IMG/VR virus record: IMGVR_UViG_2600254917_000001
Span: 1-64,000 of that record
Source: a virus
Lineage: Duplodnaviria; Caudoviricetes
Direction: 5' to 3' (one strand)
Length of the DNA stretch: 64,000 bases
Shown here: positions 58,269 to 64,000 of the stretch, in pieces
How positions within the stretch are numbered: position 1 is the stretch's first letter
Layout: every line of letters begins with the position of its first letter
Notes under the pieces: generated by a model
Databases searched by the model: none
Told to the model about the DNA's origin: nothing
Seen by the model: only the letters and a program-made list of their open reading frames with translations
Position numbers and translations under genes: made by a program

Positions 58269-59105
58269 ATGTCCAAAAAAGGTCAAACCTTCACTATCAA
58301 CATGTGGCGTCCAGATCCTGAAGAGACGGCGAACATGTGGAAACTTTTCCACAGCGCGGAGCGAGTACAGGATCGTTGGTCAATAAACACGGTACCTCAA
58401 ATTGCTGAGGAGCTGGCTTCCACGAACCTCTCCCGCGAGGAAAAATTGTTTCTACTGCGCGCCTGGCAAATGCTGGTGGATGACAAAGCAGGCTTCGGAC
58501 GCTTCATGGGGGCCTTTGATTGCTATGTCCACAATGTCCAGGATCCTACTGCTGAGTACGTGGCATATAAGCCTGAGCTTAAGGCGTGTATTGAAGACGG
58601 TCTGATCTTTGAGGAGGTGCTGGAGGCTTACCAGGGCGCTCAGCAGCGCATCATAGAGCTGGAGGCGCTCACTTATTACCTTAAATTGCCGGATGAGCTC
58701 GACTTCGACTGTGAGTATGAGCGCGGCGGCCATAGTCCCTCTGATGAGCCGTTCCTGCGCGGGTGCGTAGAGGGCTGGAATCTGGCGATTGGAAAAGTAA
58801 GCCAACTCAATGGTGCCACTGGCCAACGACCAACCGCCTGGTACACCGACGATCATAAAACAGATAAATCGGCCACAACCTACGATCCTGCTGTCGCGTT
58901 GCGCTGGAAGTCAAAGAGCTGGCCAGTCACTCCGCTCTATGAAAACCCACCAGCTCAGCTATCACCGGCTTTTACAGGCGATTATTTGGATGAACAGCGT
59001 GCGGCCGTCATCGAGAGTGTTGCTTCAAAGCGCTGGGGTGTCGGCTATGTATTTGATGGGCTGTTGGCCATCGCCAACAAGCTCCGGCATGGGGTGGGGC
59101 ATTAA
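58269..59105 (+). CDS. Ead/Ea22-like phage accessory protein
   Basis: AQQRIIELEA, GWN, P.AW...VTPLY modules. Confidence 0.65.
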   Translation: MSKKGQTFTINMWRPDPEETANMWKLFHSAERVQDRWSINTVPQIAEELASTNLSREEKLFLLRAWQMLVDDKAGFGRFMGAFDCYVHNVQDPTAEYVAYKPELKACIEDGLIFEEVLEAYQGAQQRIIELEALTYYLKLPDELDFDCEYERGGHSPSDEPFLRGCVEGWNLAIGKVSQLNGATGQRPTAWYTDDHKTDKSATTYDPAVALRWKSKSWPVTPLYENPPAQLSPAFTGDYLDEQRAAVIESVASKRWGVGYVFDGLLAIANKLRHGVGH

Positions 59106-59202
59106 ATTCTTGCCAAAAAATGGGGGCTATTCATGGGATTTCATTGATAACTTTAGGGAAAAGATGTTTCATTGGTGCACAGGTTAACTATGGAGAGTTT
59201 AA

Positions 59203-59913
59203 ATGTCTTGGGTATGCCCGCACTGCGATACGGCTGCAATTGTCGATGATGAAGATATTGAAATTAATTATTTTGACTTGAAGTCAGGAGAATATGATTT
59301 CCGATTTACTACTATGGGTATAACTTGCCCGAATCCAGCATGTGCAAAAGCTTGCATTTGGATGAGCAAAGAGACATTGGTTTATTATGCCGGAGAACTT
59401 AAGCCTGCTATGGGTACAAAATCGACATGGCCTATCGTTCCTTCTGGTAAGAAAGAACGAGCGAAACCCTATCCGGAGTATATACCGCAATCTGTTTTGG
59501 AAGATTACAGAGAAGCTTGCGCTATTGTGGAGCTTTCACCAAAAGCTTCGGCAACTCTTGCTAGAAGGTGCTTACAAGGGATGATCCGTGGGTTCTGGAA
59601 AGTTGAAGCAGACACACTTAACAAAGAAATTTTGGCAATTCAGGACAAGGTTGACCCAGTTGTCTGGGATGCAATAGACAGTGTCAGGAAGGTAGGTAAC
59701 ATCGGCGCTCATATGGAGAAAAACATAGACGTCATTGTTGATGTCAGCCCTGATGAAGCCAATTTGCTGATCGAAATGATTGAAATGCTAATTGAAGATT
59801 GGTACATCGCTCGTCATGAAAAACAAGAGAAGCTAAAGCGGATAAAGGAAGTAGCTGCTGAAAAAGCAGCAGCGAGGAAGGTTAAACCTGATGAAAAAGC
59901 TGATAATAGCTAG
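59203..59913 (+). CDS. DUF4145 (HEPN-like) protein with N-terminal Zn ribbon
   Basis: CPHC..CPNPAC, SPKASATLARRCLQGM, RKVGNIGAH. Confidence 0.85.
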   Translation: MSWVCPHCDTAAIVDDEDIEINYFDLKSGEYDFRFTTMGITCPNPACAKACIWMSKETLVYYAGELKPAMGTKSTWPIVPSGKKERAKPYPEYIPQSVLEDYREACAIVELSPKASATLARRCLQGMIRGFWKVEADTLNKEILAIQDKVDPVVWDAIDSVRKVGNIGAHMEKNIDVIVDVSPDEANLLIEMIEMLIEDWYIARHEKQEKLKRIKEVAAEKAAARKVKPDEKADNS

Positions 59914-60253
59914 TTTGTTGTTTGTCGCATCAGCTTCTGTAGCAGCTGATGCAACAGTTAAATCAATGGCGCATGCAACTTATATGTGCGGTGAGAGCGG
60001 CTTAGTTGTAAAAACTACTGGCCTAACTGCAAGCATCGACGGCGTGAGCGATTACAAAATGTACGCAAGTGATAATCAACCAGCATCTGATACCCTTCCT
60101 GGTTTCGTTAGCGTCTCATATCGGTCTGCGACCAATGAAAGCAACTGGTTTTCATTATCATTGACTAAAAAAAGCGAATACATCTCCCTCACAAACGTCA
60201 ATAAATCAAAAGGCTTAGAGCAGATTGGACTTTCTTGCCAGATTGTTGAGTAA
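59891..60253 (+). CDS. Small secreted protein
   Basis: Signal peptide MKKLIIASLLFVASASVAA; two Cys. Confidence 0.7.
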   Translation: MKKLIIASLLFVASASVAADATVKSMAHATYMCGESGLVVKTTGLTASIDGVSDYKMYASDNQPASDTLPGFVSVSYRSATNESNWFSLSLTKKSEYISLTNVNKSKGLEQIGLSCQIVE

Positions 60254-60318
60254 GATCTGGCAAGTGCCTTTCTGTGAAGTGATGAAATTTTATTCATTCT
60301 TAAATGGGAGTGGAATGT

Positions 60319-60777
60319 ATGGCTAACGAAAGGCTTTTGATTCCGCAAGATGCTGGCTACTTCCATGCTCTTGGTTTGGCGGCTGTCGCTTTTGCTCGTC
60401 TGGAATGGGATGCTGTTTGGTGCTGCGAAAGGCTTCAAAAAGGTTACATATCAACAATTGAACCTAAGAAGAAGACCGCGGGGTTCATTGCTAGAGATCT
60501 TGAAGCGTTATTCGGCCGAATTTCAGATCACACGCTTCGCCAAAAAGTAGAACCTTTTGCTACAGAGTTTATTGCTATCGTTCTTGATCGTAACGCACTT
60601 TTCCACGGCAAACCTGGAACGACAAAAGAATCTGATCAGAGGCTTTTCCGCTCAGGTATACCTTGGTCAATCCAGGATGTTAATGACTTTGCTGACCGGT
60701 GCACGCGGGCAGGTGCTCCACTCAATGCGCTCCTTTACGATGAGCTCAAGGAAAACTGCACCGTTGCGCTTAACTAG
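60319..60777 (+). CDS. Putative HEPN-like protein
   Basis: ALG.....FA.LE helix and RNALFH (RxxxxH). Confidence 0.6.
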   Translation: MANERLLIPQDAGYFHALGLAAVAFARLEWDAVWCCERLQKGYISTIEPKKKTAGFIARDLEALFGRISDHTLRQKVEPFATEFIAIVLDRNALFHGKPGTTKESDQRLFRSGIPWSIQDVNDFADRCTRAGAPLNALLYDELKENCTVALN

Positions 60778-60814
60778 TAATTATCCTATTAAAACGTGAT
60801 TAATCAGTTACTTT

Positions 60815-60849
60815 GACCCCCAGTTTGATTTCTTCACTGGGGGTTTTTT
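60815..60849 (+). terminator. Intrinsic terminator
   Basis: ACCCCCAG...CTGGGGGT-TTTTT. Confidence 0.7.
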
Positions 60850-61002
60850 ATTGGTTTATTTTCGGAGAGATTCAAACGCAGCGGAGGAACATAGTAAAAA
60901 ACTGGAATGATGGCCGTAAAAATGAAAACTCGACAATAAATTGTACGAAAACAGTGATTATTATTCAGGGATTAAATACGCAAGGAGAGAGGAAGGGAAG
61001 TA

Positions 61003-61431
61003 ATGGACAACGATTTTAACCGCGTGCTGTTTGAGGAGATGTTACGGCAAACCTATCGTAACGCATCTGGTAAGAAGGCAACGCGCCAGATGATTGAAGA
61101 CCTCCGCCTCAGTCCGCCCAAGGAAGGATATTCAGATCCGAGCATGAATTTTCTGTGGCTTGGCTGGTGTGCGGCGCATGAGTTGTTTCGTAGCGCGCCG
61201 GTGCACATGTTTAAGGAACTATCGCCGCAGAATATCCCCCCAGCTGAAGAAGATTTTCTGAGCTATTACGAAAAACCTGGCAAGTACTACGTGCTACGGA
61301 TGAGCGAAACCCATACGTTCTGCCTTGCCCATACCCCCGCAGTGGATGCTCCCGTTCCCATGCCAGATCCCTCGCACTGGATGTCGTTATCCGAAAATAC
61401 GCCTCACTTCGAGGTCGGGCTCGTACACTAA
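61003..61431 (+). CDS. Hypothetical phage protein
   Basis: RBS; W.GW motif. Confidence 0.6.
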   Translation: MDNDFNRVLFEEMLRQTYRNASGKKATRQMIEDLRLSPPKEGYSDPSMNFLWLGWCAAHELFRSAPVHMFKELSPQNIPPAEEDFLSYYEKPGKYYVLRMSETHTFCLAHTPAVDAPVPMPDPSHWMSLSENTPHFEVGLVH

Positions 61432-61553
61432 ACCTACACCGCTTTAAACCTACCCGTTCAACCGCCCCGTGCTGAAAAGCGCGGGCGGGGTTGTTGACAG
61501 GCCTGCATTACCCATGCAGAGCGCCTGACAGGAATTTAAGAGAAGAATCACCA

Positions 61554-61877
61554 ATGAAGAAATTGCACAGCATGATCAGCATTGCGGTGTGCCTAAACAA
61601 ACACACCGCGAATGGCCAGCCCCTCCGCGTCTCGGATATGAGCAAACATATCGGTCTGTCGATCTCATGCATCGAGGGCTACCTCCAACCCCTAAAAGCT
61701 GCGGGTATTGTCGATAGTACCCGCGGTCCGAACGGCGGTTACTGGCTTGTCCGTAACGATCTGACCGTCACCGAGCTCTATCTGGCCGGTAACGAGAAGG
61801 AAGATGCATTTGCACCTATCTACGATGCATTGTCTCGGGTCAATCTGTCAGCGTTCAGCGAGGCCGTGTATGGCTGA
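61554..61877 (+). CDS. Rrf2-family winged-HTH regulator
   Basis: LKAAGIVDSTRGPNGGYWL. Confidence 0.85.
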   Translation: MKKLHSMISIAVCLNKHTANGQPLRVSDMSKHIGLSISCIEGYLQPLKAAGIVDSTRGPNGGYWLVRNDLTVTELYLAGNEKEDAFAPIYDALSRVNLSAFSEAVYG

Positions 61878-62139
61878 TCTGAAGGTTGTGCCATTTAAGG
61901 CCTGCGATAACTCTGTGCATGATCGTGACGAGATCATTCGTAAGCTGGAGGAGTGCCTGGCATTCGTCAAAGAGGAGGGAAGCGATCAGGTTGCCCGGGC
62001 TATGGCTGTCGTCTTGCTAACGGATGGACCTGCTGGTGGCCTTCTCAGCTGCTGGCATAACGGTAAAGAGAACCATGAAATGCTCGGCGCCATTGAGTCG
62101 CTGAAGGTCGATTTTGTGCACGCATGCATATCGCTATGA
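61870..62139 (+). CDS. Hypothetical phage protein
   Basis: MADLKVVPF, MLGAIESLK. Confidence 0.6.
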   Translation: MADLKVVPFKACDNSVHDRDEIIRKLEECLAFVKEEGSDQVARAMAVVLLTDGPAGGLLSCWHNGKENHEMLGAIESLKVDFVHACISL

Positions 62140-62152
62140 AGAGGAAACAACA

Positions 62153-62792
62153 ATGAGTGATTTACATCTGATCCTGACCACGACTCAGCGAGAAGTGCTT
62201 GATTCGTTCACAAGGAATTTCGAAGGTCTGCCTAACTGCCGTATTCACCAGGGCTTCTATCAGGAATTACGAAAACATGACGCGGTGGTTTCACCGGCAA
62301 ACAGTTTTGGCCTGATGGATGGCGGTTTCGATCTGGTGCTCACGCAGCGCTTCGGGGAACAGCTCATGAAGCGCGTCATGATGCATATCGATGAGCATTA
62401 CCTCGGCGAGCAGCCTGTAGGAACCGCGTTCGTTATTGAAACCGGGCATCCATATACCCCCTGGCATGGTCCATGCCCCGACTATGCGTGTGCCAGAGCT
62501 GGTGGCCGGTACAGACGTCGCGTACCGCTCAACTTGGGCCGCGCTGATTGGGATCCATAACCACAACCTGCAGGCTGACGCCGACAAGCAAATTAAGAGC
62601 GTTGTCTTTACCGGAATGGGCGCTGGTTGCGGGGAAATGCCTCCGGAAAGTGTGGGCCAGCAAATGGCGCTGGCGTGGGCGCGCTATCATGAAGTATTGA
62701 GCGGAACGGCTTACAACGGGATGAGCCGCTGGCAGATGGCCATTAATATTCAACGGCGAGTAATTAGTGCCGTGGTTGGGGTTGAGCAGTAG
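62153..62792 (+). pseudogene. Macro domain (ADP-ribose processing) protein split by a 1-nt frameshift near 62465
   Basis: VSPANSFGLMDGGFD...GEQPVGT in one frame; VHAPTMRVP...GMGAGCG in the next. Confidence 0.8.
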
Positions 62793-62989
62793 TTGGCCCG
62801 CTTCTCTGCAACTGTGGTTGCCAAGAGCGCAGATGATGCGCTTAGAGCTAACCTTTCTTCGGTAGCTCGTTTTATGACAGGGCGGCTTCTGCGGGCTCTA
62901 TTACCTTCGGTCAATGATTGCATTTCTCCGACCCTCCACTGGATGTTAAAAGGGGAGGTGGTGCCTCCCCTTTACTTACGTTTCCGCTA

Positions 62990-63085
62990 TCAGTCGAAAT
63001 ACTGGCGGATCAATTCCAAAACAGCAATCATCGCTTCTGCAAGCGCGATCACTCCTTTGAGAATAATGATTAGTTTACTAATCAT
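62990..63085 (-). CDS. Type I toxin, DinQ-like (31 aa MISKLIIILKGVIALAEAMIAVLELIRQYFD)
   Basis: IAVLELIR resembles DinQ IALLELIR; SD in CTCCAC/GTGGAG hairpin; TATAAT at 63295-63300; terminator 62948-62974. Confidence 0.85.
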   Translation of the reverse strand: MISKLIIILKGVIALAEAMIAVLELIRQYFD

Positions 63086-63378
63086 CCGTTACTCCACTAC
63101 GTGGAGGGAGTGCGCCGTTGCCTGCTCATGGACGCCTGGCACAACGGTGTCCCCTAAAAATGTCAGTTAATAGATAGCACCCCTCCTGCCAGAGCCCTCT
63201 GTAGCGGCACCACCCGTTTACAGAGCCAGGACTTTCATATCATTCATGCAGCGCAGAATGCAGGAGATCGACTAACTATAAAGCTAACCCCCTGATTATA
63301 CTCTCAAGAAAGAGCACGGGTAAATCGTGAAGGGAACATTCGGGTTGCATGAACGTGATGGAGGGCGTATTCTTTGAT

Positions 63379-63468
63379 TGTTAGTTAATAGAGAGCACTC
63401 CTCCAGCCAGGGCACTCCACCTCGGCACTGGAACTGCAAAAACCCGACCTCACCAGTCGGGTTTTTTG
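63379..63468 (+). ncRNA. Divergent antisense antitoxin sRNA (AgrB-like)
   Basis: 33/39-nt match to toxin leader 63161-63199; TTGCAT-N17-TATTCT promoter; ACCCGAC/GTCGGGT poly-T terminator. Confidence 0.8.
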
Positions 63469-63492
63469 CATTATAAAGCAGCTCAATCTCAG

Positions 63493-63574
63493 TATGGTGT
63501 CTCGGGCAGGGCCACCGAAAGGTGGGCCGGATGTCGCCGCGCCGGTTGTTGCAACCCTGTTCGAGTCACCGCCA
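63493..63574 (+). ncRNA. Orphan c4-like RNA (copy D; loops ATGTCGCCGC / GTTGCAA)
   Basis: Intact c4 scaffold with no flanking targets or downstream antirepressor gene. Confidence 0.75.
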
Positions 63575-63583
63575 GCGATAAAC

Positions 63584-64000
63584 TCACTTAGTAATAAAGA
63601 GCTGTAGAAAAGCTGCAGCAGCGCTCCCTGCGGCAGCGATTGCGGCGAATAAAGTAGCCCAAAACATTTGGCGCTGTTGTTTGCTGTTATCGCGATGTCG
63701 GCGGTTCTGGAGCTGGTATTCGGCTTGAGTTGAGAAGGCTTTACCTGTTGGTCTGTACCCCGTAATGGGTTCCCTTGTTAGTTCCCCGCCATCAACGAAC
63801 GAGTCAAGGGCCAGTGTCAGCTCACGCTTGATTTGCTCTTTCTTCGGATGTTCCTGCCATCGATGCGAATGGATCTGCGTGGCTATCTGGCTTATTCCAA
63901 AAGAATGGCCATCCTTGATGTAGAGTGCAATGGCAACGTCTAAAACGCGCATTCGGTCTTTGACGCTTGGCTCCTGGCTGTTAAAGCGGTGCTGCTGCAC
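63584..64000 (-). CDS. Hypothetical protein with C-terminal TM helix; 5' end outside window
   Basis: Frame open at window edge; wHTH-like segment followed by hydrophobic tail. Confidence 0.6.
   Translation of the reverse strand: MQQHRFNSQEPSVKDRMRVLDVAIALYIKDGHSFGISQIATQIHSHRWQEHPKKEQIKRELTLALDSFVDGGELTREPITGYRPTGKAFSTQAEYQLQNRRHRDNSKQQRQMFWATLFAAIAAAGSAAAAFLQLFITK

Noticed and set aside
62793-63170. 125-aa + strand ORF
   Set aside because: Antisense to the DinQ-like toxin and crosses its terminator; no RBS.

Overview
64-kb segment of a P1/D6-like temperate phage-plasmid (Punavirus-like) of an enterobacterium. It carries a Dmt-like C5/Dam fusion methyltransferase (5' part outside the window), the head and tail structural operons, the Dar antirestriction module (darB, ulx, lxc, darA, hdf, ddrA, ddrB), portal and prohead protease, lysis genes, RepL, a Ban/DnaB helicase, a Rep_3 iteron replicon, a type Ib ParA/RHH partition pair and an early accessory operon. 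Several layers are missing from the ORF track: (i) four c4-type antisense RNA scaffolds with different guide loops, two cognate to duplicated antirepressor cassettes and two orphans; (ii) three TisB/DinQ-like type I toxin-antitoxin loci; (iii) about ten dispersed arrays of 11-bp-phased ATGCAT-like boxes; (iv) a 17-bp C1-like operator; and (v) a GCGGTGCA-N7-TANNNT late-promoter motif. P1 gene names rest on recalled sequence similarity and synteny, not on a database search.
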